DNA of 64,000 nucleotides from Saprospiraceae bacterium (lineage in GTDB: Bacteria > Bacteroidota > Bacteroidia > Chitinophagales > Saprospiraceae). The position numbers and the translations under genes were made by a program. The notes beneath the pieces are model-generated. The model was not told where the DNA came from. It saw only the letters and a program-made list of their open reading frames with translations, and did not search any database. Positions 1 to 10,969 of the stretch are shown here, piece after piece. The stretch covers positions 7,415 to 71,414 of the forward strand of contig JALWRC010000095.1 of assembly GCA_027080725.1 (NCBI GenBank). Reading direction: 5' to 3'. Numbering within the stretch: the stretch's first letter is position 1; every line of letters begins with the position of its first letter.

Positions 1-194
1 TGCTAAGTGATGCCTATGAATGTATCAATCCCGCAGAGATGTCCCCTTTTTAGCCCGGGACAAACGAAAGCGTATTGCAGGCTAGGGAAAACCCAAAACC
101 GTTTTGGCGGTATTTTTGCCCGGTCCAATAGGTTAAATGCTTGAGAAGTAGTGCCTGCAAAAATAGTGACAAAACAATGTATTGACTCCTTTTT

Positions 195-212
195 GTGCAG
201 TTGGTGATACAC
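195..212 (+). promoter_or_regulatory. Copy of the recurrent 18-nt motif GTGCAsTTkGyrATACAC (here GTGCAGTTGGTGATACAC)
   Basis: Read directly. It ends 39 bp upstream of the TAtcTTTG box of the PPK2 gene. A degenerate second copy (CTTTGCAATACACC) overlaps that box at 248-268. Confidence 0.5.
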
Positions 213-251
213 GCGCTTCATTCAAGCGTTGCGATAAATAGAAACATGTAG

Positions 252-259
252 TATCTTTG
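252..259 (+). promoter_or_regulatory. Bacteroidota-type -7 promoter box TAtcTTTG
   Basis: Matches TAnnTTTG and lies 31 bp upstream of ATG 290. Confidence 0.5.
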
Positions 260-289
260 CAATACACCGGCCGTCAAACCAAACCATTT

Positions 290-1033
290 ATGAAAAACAT
301 TTCCACATTGCCCACTACTCCTCCGAAGGAGTTGCACAAGAAAAAAATCGTAAAGAAAACCGAGAAACTGGCCAAACGCATCGGCGAGCTCTCCCGCATC
401 TTGCAGGCAGATGCCGGCCACAGCATCCTCGTCGTGCTCCAGGGGATGGATTCGAGTGGCAAAGACGGAGTAACCCGCGAAGTATTCAAATACTGTAGCC
501 CTTCCGTTGTCTGTGCCGTGTCCTACAAAAAGCCCACTCCTCTGGAATTTGCCCACGATTTTCTCTGGCGCGTACACCGGCACGCTCCCGCCAAAGGGAC
601 GATCAAAGTATTTATCCGCTCCCATTACGAAGATGTGCTCATCCAGCGGGTACACGGATGGATTGACGAAGAGCGGGTCAATATCCGTTTCGACGCCATC
701 AACGCCTTCGAAAAGCTGCTCCAAAAAGACAACAATACCGTTATTCTGAAGTATTTCCTACACCTCTCCCCCGAAAGACAGCTCGAAAAGCTGCAAGAGC
801 GCAAAGAAGAGGAGGATAAATACTGGAAACACAATCCCGGTGACTGGGAGGAGCGCAAATTATGGAAGGAATACATGCATTGCTACCAGGAAGTGTTGGA
901 GCGCTCGGAGATACCTTGGACCGTTATCCCCGCCGATGCCCGATGGTATCGCAACTATTGCGTAGCCAAGTCCGTATGTGAAGCCTTAGAAGCTCTCCAC
1001 CTAAAGTATCCACCCCTAAAGGAGGAGGTATGA
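290..1033 (+). CDS. Polyphosphate kinase 2 family protein (polyphosphate:nucleotide phosphotransferase)
   Basis: ORF 257..1033 trimmed to ATG 290, because the -7 box at 252-259 leaves no room for the 257 start. It has a P-loop-like motif LQGMDSSGKDG, and the size and sequence are typical of single-domain PPK2. Confidence 0.85.
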   Translation: MKNISTLPTTPPKELHKKKIVKKTEKLAKRIGELSRILQADAGHSILVVLQGMDSSGKDGVTREVFKYCSPSVVCAVSYKKPTPLEFAHDFLWRVHRHAPAKGTIKVFIRSHYEDVLIQRVHGWIDEERVNIRFDAINAFEKLLQKDNNTVILKYFLHLSPERQLEKLQERKEEEDKYWKHNPGDWEERKLWKEYMHCYQEVLERSEIPWTVIPADARWYRNYCVAKSVCEALEALHLKYPPLKEEV

Positions 1034-1428
1034 CCCTACAAAAAGTCAGAGTGGACCAATGGCTGTGGTCGGTGCGCATATTTAAGAGCCGCAGCAAAGC
1101 CACCGCAGCTTGCAAAGGTGGCAAAGTACGCATCGATGGGCACCCCGTCAAACCCTCCTTTCACCTCAAAGGAGGCGAAACGGTGCACGTCACCAAAGAC
1201 GGCTTTAACTTACAGTTTGAAGTCCTCCAATTGCTCCACAAACGCGTATCTTTCCCCCTCGCCCAATTGGCTTACAAAGACCGGACCCCACAAGAAGAAA
1301 GAGATAAATACAAGGATTGGTTTGTAGGCAAGTCCGGAGTGGAGTTTCGCGAAAAAGGAGCGGGCCGACCCTCCAAGAAAGACAGGCGCACCCTCGAATC
1401 CTTTAAAACGCATTACCTCGATGAGTAG
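1030..1428 (+). CDS. S4-domain RNA-binding protein, Hsp15/HslR-like
   Basis: N-terminal S4 signature VRVDQWLWSVRIFKSRSKA...GGKVRIDG in a 132-aa protein. The ATGA start overlaps the PPK2 stop. Confidence 0.75.
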   Translation: MTLQKVRVDQWLWSVRIFKSRSKATAACKGGKVRIDGHPVKPSFHLKGGETVHVTKDGFNLQFEVLQLLHKRVSFPLAQLAYKDRTPQEERDKYKDWFVGKSGVEFREKGAGRPSKKDRRTLESFKTHYLDE

Positions 1429-1456
1429 AGTCCCCCCCGGATTGCCTTCAATTCAC

Positions 1457-1464
1457 TACCTTTG
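1457..1464 (+). promoter_or_regulatory. -7 promoter box TAccTTTG
   Basis: Matches TAnnTTTG and lies 24 bp upstream of ATG 1489. Confidence 0.5.
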
Positions 1465-1488
1465 CCGGACGCAAAACCGAAAGCAATC

Positions 1489-4400
1489 ATGAAAACTATA
1501 AAGCCGTATTCTCCCAAGAATCACATCCGTATCGTTACCGCTGCCTCCCTGTTTGACGGGCACGATGCTGCCATCAATATCATGCGAAGGATATTGCAGA
1601 GTTCGGGTGCCGAAATTATCCACCTCGGGCACAATCGTAGCGTAGGGGATATTGTACGAGCGGCGATTCAAGAAGATGTGCAGGGTATTGCTTTGACGTC
1701 TTACCAAGGAGGGCACAACGAGTTTTTTAAGTATATGTATGATTTGTTGCAAGAGAAAGGGGCGAGTCATATCAAGATTTACGGAGGAGGAGGAGGTACG
1801 ATATTGCCTTCGGAGATTGAAGAGCTCGAGGCCTATGGTATTGCCAAGATTTATACTCCCGATGATGGGCGTGTGATGGGTTTGCAAGGGATGATCAACC
1901 ATCTTTTGGAGGGCTGTGATTTTCCCATTGGCAAGGACATTGGGGATGCTTTTGAACGCTTGCCCTCTAAGGACGATCACGCGATAGGGCGGATGATATC
2001 CGGTGTGGAGAACTATCCGGAGTTGCACCGGGAGGTGATAACCGAAATCACACGAATAGCATCTGAAAAGCGCATCCCTGTGCTTGGGATCACCGGGACA
2101 GGTGGTGCGGGTAAGTCGAGCTTGGTGGATGAGTTAATTCGGCGGTTTGTGTTGGACTTTCCGGACAAGAGCATCGGGATAATATCGGTGGATCCGACCA
2201 AGCGAAAGAGTGGGGGAGCGCTGTTGGGGGACCGCATCAGGATGAATGCGATCGACCGCCCCAATGTGTATATGCGTTCGCTGGCAACGCGGCAGGCCAA
2301 CCTCTCGGTCTCTGCTCATGTTCCTGTGGCGGTAGATATTCTGAAAGATGCCGATTTTGACTTCATCATTTTGGAAACCAGCGGCATTGGCCAATCCGAT
2401 ACGGCGATCGTGGACCACTGCGACATCTCTATGTACGTGATGACCCCCGAGTATGGAGCGGCCACCCAGTTGGAGAAAATCGATATGCTCGATTTTGCAG
2501 ATATCGTAGCCATTAACAAGTTTGATAAACGGGGAGCGGACGATGCCTTGATCGCTGTCCAAAAACAATTCATGCGCAATCACCAACTTTGGGACATAGA
2601 CCGGGAAGACTTGCCGGTATTTGGGACCATCGCTTCCCAGTTTAATGACCCCGGAACCAATGCTCTCTATAAGAATCTAATAGCAATACTCAACGAAAAA
2701 TTGGATTTGGGATGGGAGTCGACCCTGCCTATGATAGTGGACAAATCCCAAAAAGTATATATCATCCCTCCGCACCGCGTCCGCTATCTCTCCGAGATTA
2801 AAGAGAGCAACGAAGCCTACGACCGCTGGGTAGAGGAGCAAGCGGAGTGGGCACGCCAATGGCAGCATTTGCTCGAGGCAGAGGCCTTATTGAAAGAGCA
2901 GATGGAGACAAAACCGATAGCGGAAAAGGCGGAGGCCATTGCATTTAATATCTCTCCGGACAACAAGTTGCTCATCACCCGTTGGCCCGAGAAGGTGGCC
3001 AAATACGCCAGGGAAAAGGTCAGTTACTTTGTACGCGGTAAGGAAATCGTGGTGGATGCGCAGGTGGAGACCTTGTCCCACACCAAGATAAGAAAGGTGA
3101 TATTGCCCCGTACCAAGGACTATGGGGAGATACTCAAATGGCAGCTACAGGAGAATGTGCCGGGAGAATTTCCCTTTACCGCAGGGGTGTTTCCCTTCAA
3201 GCGGACAGGAGAACTACCGACGCGCATGTTTGCGGGGGAGGGCGGTCCGGAGCGGACCAACAAGCGCTTCCACTATGTTTCCGGCGAAATGCCTTTCAAG
3301 CGTCTATCTACCGCGTTTGATTCGGTGACATTGTACGGGGAAGATCCGGACGAAAGGCCGGATATCTACGGTAAAATTGGCAATTCCGGAGTGAGCATCT
3401 CTTGTTTGGATGATATGAAAAGGCTGTATTCGGGGTTTGACCTCAGCAGCCCTAAGACTTCGGTTTCGATGACGATCAACGGACCTGCCGCGCAGATGCT
3501 CGCCTTCTTTATGAATGCAGCCATCGACCAAAATTGTGAAAAATACATCAAGGAACACGGGTTGGAATCCCGGGTGGAGGAAGTACTAAAAGCGAAATAC
3601 GACCAACAGGGGATTCCTCGACCGGTGTACCGGGCGGAACTTCCCGAAGGCAATGATGGTCTGGGCCTGATGTTGCTCGGCATCACCGGAGACGAGGTGC
3701 TCCCAGGAGAGGTTTATGCACAAATCAAAGCGGATACCGTAAAGGTCGTGAGAGGAACCGTTCAGGCAGACATCTTGAAGGAAGACCAGGCACAAAATAC
3801 TTGTATTTATAGCACCGAGTTCTCCTTACGAATCATGGGAGATGTTCAGGAGTATTTTATCAACCACGGAGTGCGCAATTTTTATTCTGTCTCCATCTCC
3901 GGATACCACATCGCCGAAGCCGGGGCCAATCCGATCACCCAGGTGGCATTTACCCTATCCAATGCCTTCACTTACGTGGAGTATTACCTCTCCCGAGGGA
4001 TGGATATCAATGCCTTTGCCCCTAATCTGTCGTTTTTCTTTTCCAATGGCATGGATGCGGAATACGCCGTCATCGGTAGGGTAGCACGGCGCATTTGGGC
4101 CAAGGCGATGAAACTCAAATACGGGGCCAACGAACGTGCCCAAAAGCTCAAATACCATATTCAGACTTCCGGGCGCTCTTTGCACGCTCAGGAGATAGAC
4201 TTTAATGATATTCGCACGACCCTACAGGCCCTGTATGCCATTTATGACAATTGCAACAGCTTGCACACCAATGCCTACGACGAAGCGATAACGACTCCTA
4301 CAGAGGAAAGTGTGCGCAGGGCCATGGCGATACAGCTCATCATCAACTTCGAACTCGGCTTAGCCAAGAATGAAAATCCCTTGCAAGGGTCTTTTGTGAT

Positions 4401-4851
4401 AGAAGAGTTGACAGAGCTGGTCGAGGCGGCTATATTGATGGAGTTTGATCGATTGACTGAAAGAGGGGGTGTACTTGGAGCGATGGAGAATATGTACCAG
4501 CGCAATAAGATTCAGGAGGAGAGTTTGTATTATGAAAACTTGAAGAACAACGGTAAGCTCCCCATTACCGGGGTCAATTTCTTTTTGTCCAAAGAGGGGT
4601 CGCCCTTTGTATTGCCCGGGGAAGTCATCCGGGCGACGGAGGAAGAGAAAAAATTGCAAATCGAAGGCATCCGTCACCTGCACCGCGTAAGGGAAGAACA
4701 AGCTTCCGAATCGATACAAAACCTCATGGACACTGCGGTACAAAACAAGAACATCTTCGAGTCGTTGCTCTCCGCATCCAAATACTGTTCGCTCGGCCAA
4801 ATGACCCGTGCGCTATATACTGTCGGTGGGCAGTACCGACGGAATATGTAG
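1489..4851 (+). CDS. icmF: Fused isobutyryl-CoA mutase (B12-binding domain + MeaB-like GTPase + mutase barrel)
   Basis: ORF 1462..4851 trimmed to ATG 1489. It has an N-terminal cobalamin-binding [10 protein letters not shown] motif, a central G-protein P-loop [12 protein letters not shown], and a long C-terminal methylmalonyl-CoA-mutase-like domain. Confidence 0.85.
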   Translation: MKTIKPYSPKNHIRIVTAASLFDGHDAAINIMRRILQSSGAEIIHLGHNRSVGDIVRAAIQEDVQGIALTSYQGGHNEFFKYMYDLLQEKGASHIKIYGGGGGTILPSEIEELEAYGIAKIYTPDDGRVMGLQGMINHLLEGCDFPIGKDIGDAFERLPSKDDHAIGRMISGVENYPELHREVITEITRIASEKRIPVLGITGTGGAGKSSLVDELIRRFVLDFPDKSIGIISVDPTKRKSGGALLGDRIRMNAIDRPNVYMRSLATRQANLSVSAHVPVAVDILKDADFDFIILETSGIGQSDTAIVDHCDISMYVMTPEYGAATQLEKIDMLDFADIVAINKFDKRGADDALIAVQKQFMRNHQLWDIDREDLPVFGTIASQFNDPGTNALYKNLIAILNEKLDLGWESTLPMIVDKSQKVYIIPPHRVRYLSEIKESNEAYDRWVEEQAEWARQWQHLLEAEALLKEQMETKPIAEKAEAIAFNISPDNKLLITRWPEKVAKYAREKVSYFVRGKEIVVDAQVETLSHTKIRKVILPRTKDYGEILKWQLQENVPGEFPFTAGVFPFKRTGELPTRMFAGEGGPERTNKRFHYVSGEMPFKRLSTAFDSVTLYGEDPDERPDIYGKIGNSGVSISCLDDMKRLYSGFDLSSPKTSVSMTINGPAAQMLAFFMNAAIDQNCEKYIKEHGLESRVEEVLKAKYDQQGIPRPVYRAELPEGNDGLGLMLLGITGDEVLPGEVYAQIKADTVKVVRGTVQADILKEDQAQNTCIYSTEFSLRIMGDVQEYFINHGVRNFYSVSISGYHIAEAGANPITQVAFTLSNAFTYVEYYLSRGMDINAFAPNLSFFFSNGMDAEYAVIGRVARRIWAKAMKLKYGANERAQKLKYHIQTSGRSLHAQEIDFNDIRTTLQALYAIYDNCNSLHTNAYDEAITTPTEESVRRAMAIQLIINFELGLAKNENPLQGSFVIEELTELVEAAILMEFDRLTERGGVLGAMENMYQRNKIQEESLYYENLKNNGKLPITGVNFFLSKEGSPFVLPGEVIRATEEEKKLQIEGIRHLHRVREEQASESIQNLMDTAVQNKNIFESLLSASKYCSLGQMTRALYTVGGQYRRNM

Positions 4852-4930
4852 GGATTTGCCGAGGATTTGTCCTGGATTTGTCCTGGATTTGCCGCCGTTG
4901 GGGTACCCTTCTCGCCCCACTGGACTGGTG

Positions 4931-5070
4931 CCATTTCATATCAGGCAAAAGGAGTGCCTGCAGATATAACTATATCCACACGCTCGACGATTACCATTTC
5001 ATACCTGGTAAAAGTGGAGCGGACAGACAATACTTATCCCGTGCACCTGAAGATCACTATTTCATACCGG
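4931..5070 (-). repeat. Phased triplet of the GGTATGAAATGG word (cores at 4931, 4994, 5057; 63-bp spacing)
   Basis: Read directly. The units have a conserved ~19-nt head (GGTATGAAATrGTrATC) and divergent bodies. They lie in the convergent gap between icmF and the 1862-aa gene. Confidence 0.8.
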
Positions 5071-5114
5071 AAGATATGCGTAGAGCTCCAAATGGAGTTA
5101 TGTCGAATGGCCGG

Positions 5115-8100
5115 CTATTTCAAGATAGAGATATTACCGGTTTTGATGAGGTCTTCCCCGCCCGTACAGCGCACTTTGAGGTAGTACGAATAGACGTCCG
5201 GGGTCAATGCCACTCCTTTGAAGGTCCCGTCCCAGGGAACGGAGATATCAAAGGTCTCAAATACCTTTTCTCCCCAACGGTCATAGATGACAAACTCTAT
5301 TTGGTCAATAAAATGCCCCCGGACGTAGAGGAGGTCATTGACACCATCTGCATTTGGGCTGAACGCATTGGGGACGAAGACGATGGAAGGGTCACATGGG
5401 GGAGGAAGGACGGTGACGGTCACATCCAGAATATGCTCGCATCCGTTTTCGTCGATGATGGTGACGGTGTAAGTGGTCGTGCTATCCGGGCTGGCATCCG
5501 GGCGGTCGCACTGGCTGCAAGAGAGGGTCGTCACAGGCTCCCACTCAAAAGTGCCCGGCCCTTTGACCCACAGATGGGCCGTGCCGCCGGGGAAAATGGA
5601 GGTGTCGGGAGAGATGGTGAATTGTCCTTGATCCACATCGAAAACCCTTACCTCAAATTGGCCGCTTCCAGGACAATCGTTGGGGTCGGTGAAGCGGACC
5701 GTCCATGTGTTGCTCTTCGTGGGATGGGCGATGGACGGTGAGCCCTTAAGCGGAGCAGCCGGGTCAGCTCCATCCCATATGATATCTCGTACACCTTCGA
5801 TTGTCAATACGATGGAGTCTCCAGGACACAACTCAAAATCGATTAAATCGGGCTCATATACCGGAAGGAAGTACAGCGTATAGTGATAGATCTGAGCGCA
5901 GAGGCTAGCATCGGATACGGTCAGGCGGTATTGTCTGGAGAAAATGCTATCGTTCTGGAAGGTGTGGGTGACCATGTTTGCGGCGCAATCGGTACATGCC
6001 AGGTCCATCCCTTCCCAATGATAACTGGCGCCTTCGATTTTGGCAATCCCGATCTCTGTAGATGCGCCCGGACACAGCGTGTCTGTAAAATACAAGTCCG
6101 GAGGCATGATAGAGAACGTGGCGGTCGCCGGTGTACAGATACAATTCTCCCCTTCCGGAAAGCTCAGTATAAAATGGCAGATTCCGGCGGGCAATTGCCC
6201 CGGAAAATGGATGCATATTTTGGAGGTGTCGTTGGGATATATCGTGTCGTGAACGGAGAAGGTTTGCACCTCGATGTCATCCGGAGAAAGACCGTTGCCG
6301 GTCCGGTCTCCCGTGAGAATGAAGTGAAAGGAGTCCGCATAAAATGGCAGATCCTTCCATTCACCTGTCAACTTGAAGCACAATCGTATACCCGATGGCT
6401 CTGAAGAAGTCAGGCTGTCGATATGGAGAAGGCTAATATGTCCTTTGTCCATACTAAAGCGGACGGATTCTGAGCCTTCGATGACATCCAGATTGCATTC
6501 CAAACCGGTGGTCTTACATATGGCTTTGGAGCTATGCGTCCCTTGAATCCGTATTTCATACGTGTCGCAATCCAGCAGATCGGGGTCGGTGGTAACTCCG
6601 ACACTGAAGGCGATATCTACAAATCCATCTATGACCTCTGAGGCATCCCATTCCAAAACAGTTCGACCATTTACGGTGATTATACGCGGCTCTTTAGCGG
6701 TAAAATGACTGATGGCTTGGATGGATTGGGGGCGGTAGAGCAGCCCGGCGGGTAGAATGATTTGTATTTTGTCGCCGGTCGAAAACGGTTTGGAGGCAAA
6801 GAGCTGTACGAATAATCTACCTTCGGCCTGACAAGTGAAATGTCCGGGCTCCATGTGGCTTCCGTTGAATGAAATGGTTTTGGTGGAGGGGTCGGTATTC
6901 CGGATATTTATCGGTGCCGAGTTGCGCCGGACGATATTCGTAGGGATGTAGCAATTGCTCACCCCCTTGACCTGGAAATGCAGATAGGCACCGGGTTGAA
7001 AGTTGCAATCCAAGGTGCCGGATACACGTATATGAATCTTGGAATAAGTCATCTCTACTCCCGGCCATCCATCTTCTTTGTATTGCTCTATCAGGTCATT
7101 CATTTGCCATTGGTATTGTCCCGGAGCACGCTCTTCCGGAAGGGGCATAGGTATGAAATGGTTGGCATCATCAAAGGAGTAAACCAGTTCATCAGCCAAA
7201 AGATTAAAGCCCAGGGGAAGGTCCATGTCCAGCCGGACATGGAAGGCGGCACCTCTGTTGGCATTCCAGACACTCACTTCGACATAGCGCATGGTGTCAC
7301 AGATATCAAAGGGACCGGGAGTGGTGCTGATATCCATTTCGAGTTCGGGCGGGTAGCTTTTGACGGAGAGGTTAAAGGTGTCGACGGAACAGGCAGTGGC
7401 GAAAAAATCACCAGTGGTGTCACAGTTCCATCCGCTGATAATCTTTAGATATTGCCAATCGCAACTCTCATTGTCGGCGATGATGGTCAGGTCTGTGATA
7501 CTGTCTGATAGGGGTTTTATCACAATTTCCCCATCGTTTTCAAGATAGACACGTCCATGGTTATCCCTGATGCGTACATTGTTCAGTTCCGGACTCAAGC
7601 TGATAATTTTAAATCGAACTTCTTTAAGCGAGCTGTCCAAATGGGTGATATGTCCTTGCCATTGGCCTTTGTCGGTGGTACTGCGGAGTTGTAATGTCGG
7701 AATGGAGTAGCTAAATAGATTGTAGTCTCTATCCCGTTCGAATCCATAAGCATGGCGCCACAGATGCCGGACGAGTTCGGCATCGTTGGTATTGTAGAAA
7801 TACACATCTGGACCGATGTGATTGGTGATTATCCTGGTAGTCTGGACAGAATCTGTAAAGCCGCTGACCAGATCATGGCAGTCCTTGAGGGAGATATAGG
7901 GATAGATGAGAACATCGTAGGCTTCATCGAGCGCAAAATCTTGCTTGACGGGAAAAACCCACTTGTGGGACGGGGGGGTACGTTGAGGGATAATGGTGGA
8001 CTTGTGGACGATATTTTGAACGATAACAGAGGTGTCCGGATAGTAGTAATGCAAGACGACGCTATCCAGGGTGATAGCGGGATCAATGGTATAGAAGAAA

Positions 8101-10703
8101 TCTTCGAGGGAGACGAAGGGTCTAAATTCGTTTGGAAAAAAGTTGGCCATTCCTTCATTCATAAACAGATGGTAATAACTCCTCGCGTTGGGTGGCGCGC
8201 ATGGGTCAATGTCCGGAGCGGACCCGAGGGGCTCAATATTGTAAATTAGCTTGCCGTATTCGATCGAATCCTTATACTCCGTACAGTAGAAGGGCTGGTG
8301 TTGGTAGGATTCGGTGAAGATGAAAATACGGGAATTTACAGGGAAGGTGAGCCCGTGTCTGTATCGTCGATCGGTGCTGGCTACAAAATCTACATTCACA
8401 AAGATGCTATCCCGGTCTTCATAGAAAAAATCATCCGGAATGCCGCATCCCAACGTCTTGAGGTAGGAAGGGTGAAAAATTACGGAAGCCCCTGTGGTAG
8501 TACTTGCTGGATTGACAATAGTCCTGCACTCGCCAATTTCTCCTTGACCGGTGATGATGCCAAGCGAATCAGAATAGCAGTGGTAGGTCTGTCCCGTACT
8601 ATAATCTTTAATCGTAATCTCCGCCCTTAATAATTCGAAGAAATTACTGTTCATTCCGGGGCTGACGTACATCCGGTCATAGGGGAGTTCCGGAAAATCG
8701 CTAAAGATTTCTCCTTCGAATCGGAGGCGCAAGGTATCGTGCTCCAGGCAGCGATTGTGACGGATACGAGCGCGATTGGCCGCGACGAGTGGGGTGTCGG
8801 GCAACCGGTCATTGTCCTCGTCTGTCAGTCCTATATTCAGCCGTTCTATGCTTCCGGTAAAGTCTACATATCCCGGGGCATATTGCTCCAGCGTGTCTCC
8901 GGAATGACACATGATGGGGGTTTTGACGGAGGCCCTTTCTATAAAATAACCACATATGTCTTCCGGTTCTTCCAATGGACAATCAGACATGATTAGCCCA
9001 ATACAGTGTTCGGAGAAAGCCTTTAGCTTGGAGAAGGCATCTCCTAAGGGACACGAACTGTGAATGACGAGCACCTCTGCAAGATTGCCCCTTTTTAGGC
9101 AAGGCGTATCACAAGTGAATTCCAGGTCCAGGTACCCTTCAACCGTATCCCTGCGAAATGGAAGTTTATAGCTGGCATAGACAAGGGTCGATGGAGGCTC
9201 TGTCGTGTCCACCACTGTCCGGGTAAGATAAGGATGTCTCCCTGCAATAACAAATCGATCGGGATGCGCGATAAATCCACATGGGACCGGATATAAGATG
9301 GTGAGCTGCCCATGACGGTATTGGGTGAGATTGCGGCTTCTTATTTGAAAGTGAATGGAAACCTTGTCCCCATCCTTGACGATTTCTGAAGTCTGGAAAG
9401 CCACCAATTGCGCATTGAGATCGGAAGCCTTGCGGACCTTTATTGAGGACGAGTCTTTGTTGTTCTCCGCGCATAGACTGGCATATTTGACCTTGGACTT
9501 TAACACTAAGTCAAAGGGATTGTGGACATTTAGTCCGAGGAATTGACTACACTGAGTGTAATAAAAGTGGATGTCAATGCATTCACCTGGTGCGATTTCC
9601 GGCAATTGGACATAGTATTTTGCGTAGATGGGCCCACAGATGGGCTTTTGTTTGCTAAATACTTCAAGGGGAATGCTGTCTGTTCCGCGCATCATCCATA
9701 TCGGATCAGGCAGGACACCTATAGGGTTCTTTGACGTTTGATGGAGCTCTAAAACAGTGTTGGTAGAGGAGGATAAGCCGTTGTTGCAGATGGTGAGGGT
9801 TTGCTCCTCGGGGTCGCAGGGGCACTTGGGGTAATTGGCGTTCATGCTGAGATCCAACCGGGCTTTTTCGATGAGTTGCTTGACTTCTACCACAACATCT
9901 GTAAATTGCTCTTCTTGACAGACTTCATCATTACAGCCCCATTGTACCAGGATGTCTGAACGCACGAGGCCTGTATTGCAGGAATCCAAGCTAATGAGCT
10001 CCTCCAATACTATTTTTTCATTGTAGTCAAAAAAAGCATCCTCGTTGCCGATCTTCTTAAAGTCCGAGCTATCGAGAAGAACACGAAGGAGGTTGGAGGT
10101 TTGTATGAGGACTTTGCCGGTGGTGGAAGTGACCGTTCCGGCTTCATGTGCATCTTCGAAGATGACCGTTTTAAGGCGCCCCAAACGGGTATTCTGAATG
10201 GTGACAAAGCGATGGGCAGTGTGCATTGCAGTGATCATCGTATCAACAGGATGGACGTCGGCAATGATTAAAAAAGGTGTCCGGATGGTGTAGGGAGGCC
10301 GGCTTTCAAAGATGTACTTGCCTTGACCGGATTCAAGTGACATGGTGTTGACAAACTTTTGTCCCTCTTTGGAGCGGGCTTCACAATCCGCGGCAATAGA
10401 CAGTACGATAGAGTCGATTTTGCCGGATGCGATGGAGGTTTTAACGAAAGTAGGGTCTTTCTGTGCACTTGTTTCAGAAGCCCCTTCAATGCTTCCCGCA
10501 ACATATGAAATGCCTGGTGGAAAATTCAAACTAATTTTAACATCTATGAGGTCTTCATCGTAACTATTTGTAAATCTATAGGTTATTTGCACGGTGTCAC
10601 ATACATAGACCGGGCCGTGGATGTTTTCTTCGATAAGGACGGTTTGCCCTTGAGTGATTACGGCTAATGAGAAAAAAAGTAAGGTTGATAATATTCGTTT
10701 CAT
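5115..10703 (-). CDS. Giant secreted surface protein with type-B T9SS C-terminal sorting domain (gliding-motility-associated CTD)
   Basis: ORF 5115..10799 trimmed to the MKRILSTLLFFSLAVITQGQ signal peptide. The C terminus (VPNAFSPNADGVNDLLYV...YDRWGEKVF...GNISILK) is the CHU_C/type-B sorting signature. Ig-like Cys-rich repeats lie upstream. Confidence 0.8.
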   Translation of the reverse strand: MKRILSTLLFFSLAVITQGQTVLIEENIHGPVYVCDTVQITYRFTNSYDEDLIDVKISLNFPPGISYVAGSIEGASETSAQKDPTFVKTSIASGKIDSIVLSIAADCEARSKEGQKFVNTMSLESGQGKYIFESRPPYTIRTPFLIIADVHPVDTMITAMHTAHRFVTIQNTRLGRLKTVIFEDAHEAGTVTSTTGKVLIQTSNLLRVLLDSSDFKKIGNEDAFFDYNEKIVLEELISLDSCNTGLVRSDILVQWGCNDEVCQEEQFTDVVVEVKQLIEKARLDLSMNANYPKCPCDPEEQTLTICNNGLSSSTNTVLELHQTSKNPIGVLPDPIWMMRGTDSIPLEVFSKQKPICGPIYAKYYVQLPEIAPGECIDIHFYYTQCSQFLGLNVHNPFDLVLKSKVKYASLCAENNKDSSSIKVRKASDLNAQLVAFQTSEIVKDGDKVSIHFQIRSRNLTQYRHGQLTILYPVPCGFIAHPDRFVIAGRHPYLTRTVVDTTEPPSTLVYASYKLPFRRDTVEGYLDLEFTCDTPCLKRGNLAEVLVIHSSCPLGDAFSKLKAFSEHCIGLIMSDCPLEEPEDICGYFIERASVKTPIMCHSGDTLEQYAPGYVDFTGSIERLNIGLTDEDNDRLPDTPLVAANRARIRHNRCLEHDTLRLRFEGEIFSDFPELPYDRMYVSPGMNSNFFELLRAEITIKDYSTGQTYHCYSDSLGIITGQGEIGECRTIVNPASTTTGASVIFHPSYLKTLGCGIPDDFFYEDRDSIFVNVDFVASTDRRYRHGLTFPVNSRIFIFTESYQHQPFYCTEYKDSIEYGKLIYNIEPLGSAPDIDPCAPPNARSYYHLFMNEGMANFFPNEFRPFVSLEDFFYTIDPAITLDSVVLHYYYPDTSVIVQNIVHKSTIIPQRTPPSHKWVFPVKQDFALDEAYDVLIYPYISLKDCHDLVSGFTDSVQTTRIITNHIGPDVYFYNTNDAELVRHLWRHAYGFERDRDYNLFSYSIPTLQLRSTTDKGQWQGHITHLDSSLKEVRFKIISLSPELNNVRIRDNHGRVYLENDGEIVIKPLSDSITDLTIIADNESCDWQYLKIISGWNCDTTGDFFATACSVDTFNLSVKSYPPELEMDISTTPGPFDICDTMRYVEVSVWNANRGAAFHVRLDMDLPLGFNLLADELVYSFDDANHFIPMPLPEERAPGQYQWQMNDLIEQYKEDGWPGVEMTYSKIHIRVSGTLDCNFQPGAYLHFQVKGVSNCYIPTNIVRRNSAPINIRNTDPSTKTISFNGSHMEPGHFTCQAEGRLFVQLFASKPFSTGDKIQIILPAGLLYRPQSIQAISHFTAKEPRIITVNGRTVLEWDASEVIDGFVDIAFSVGVTTDPDLLDCDTYEIRIQGTHSSKAICKTTGLECNLDVIEGSESVRFSMDKGHISLLHIDSLTSSEPSGIRLCFKLTGEWKDLPFYADSFHFILTGDRTGNGLSPDDIEVQTFSVHDTIYPNDTSKICIHFPGQLPAGICHFILSFPEGENCICTPATATFSIMPPDLYFTDTLCPGASTEIGIAKIEGASYHWEGMDLACTDCAANMVTHTFQNDSIFSRQYRLTVSDASLCAQIYHYTLYFLPVYEPDLIDFELCPGDSIVLTIEGVRDIIWDGADPAAPLKGSPSIAHPTKSNTWTVRFTDPNDCPGSGQFEVRVFDVDQGQFTISPDTSIFPGGTAHLWVKGPGTFEWEPVTTLSCSQCDRPDASPDSTTTYTVTIIDENGCEHILDVTVTVLPPPCDPSIVFVPNAFSPNADGVNDLLYVRGHFIDQIEFVIYDRWGEKVFETFDISVPWDGTFKGVALTPDVYSYYLKVRCTGGEDLIKTGNISILK

Positions 10704-10969
10704 AGACAAGTGGGTTAACGTATCAATCAGAATCTGGCACACAAAGAGCCCGGACGATGTTTTGTGAAAATCCATCGGAAGAAAAATGAAATCAAGCATT
10801 TGCGAGGTGCTATGGGTTGAACGTAACAGTAAAGATAGAAAAAAATGATATATAAACTCAAATCACAACATCAAAATAGCCGGGTCATAAAAAATAACCG
10901 AACAGATTAGCGCCAATTGCACTGTTTGTCCTTTCTATTAATTCAAAAACTCCCCGGTAACCATTGTAG

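Noticed and set aside
3-221. An edge ORF on the minus strand (72 aa, running out of the window) could be the N terminus of a divergent gene.
   Set aside because: I see no recognisable family features. It overlaps the 18-nt motif and would leave almost no promoter space next to the PPK2 promoter. It cannot be judged without the upstream sequence.
218-724. Long antisense ORFs overlap confidently called genes. Examples are 218..724 (-), 4878..5741 (+), 16177..17313 (-), 34041..34766 (-), 41928..42533 (-) and 62651..63274 (-).
   Set aside because: They are shadow frames opposite genes with clear family signatures (PPK2, the giant surface proteins, infB, topA). Their translations have no recognisable motifs and show biased, low-complexity composition.
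4931-5070. I considered whether the phased TATGAAATGG triplets (also at 59988-60145) could be CRISPR arrays.
   Set aside because: The conserved heads are only about 17-19 nt and are degenerate, and there are only three units per locus. Copies of the same word are scattered singly and inside genes. No cas genes are in the window.
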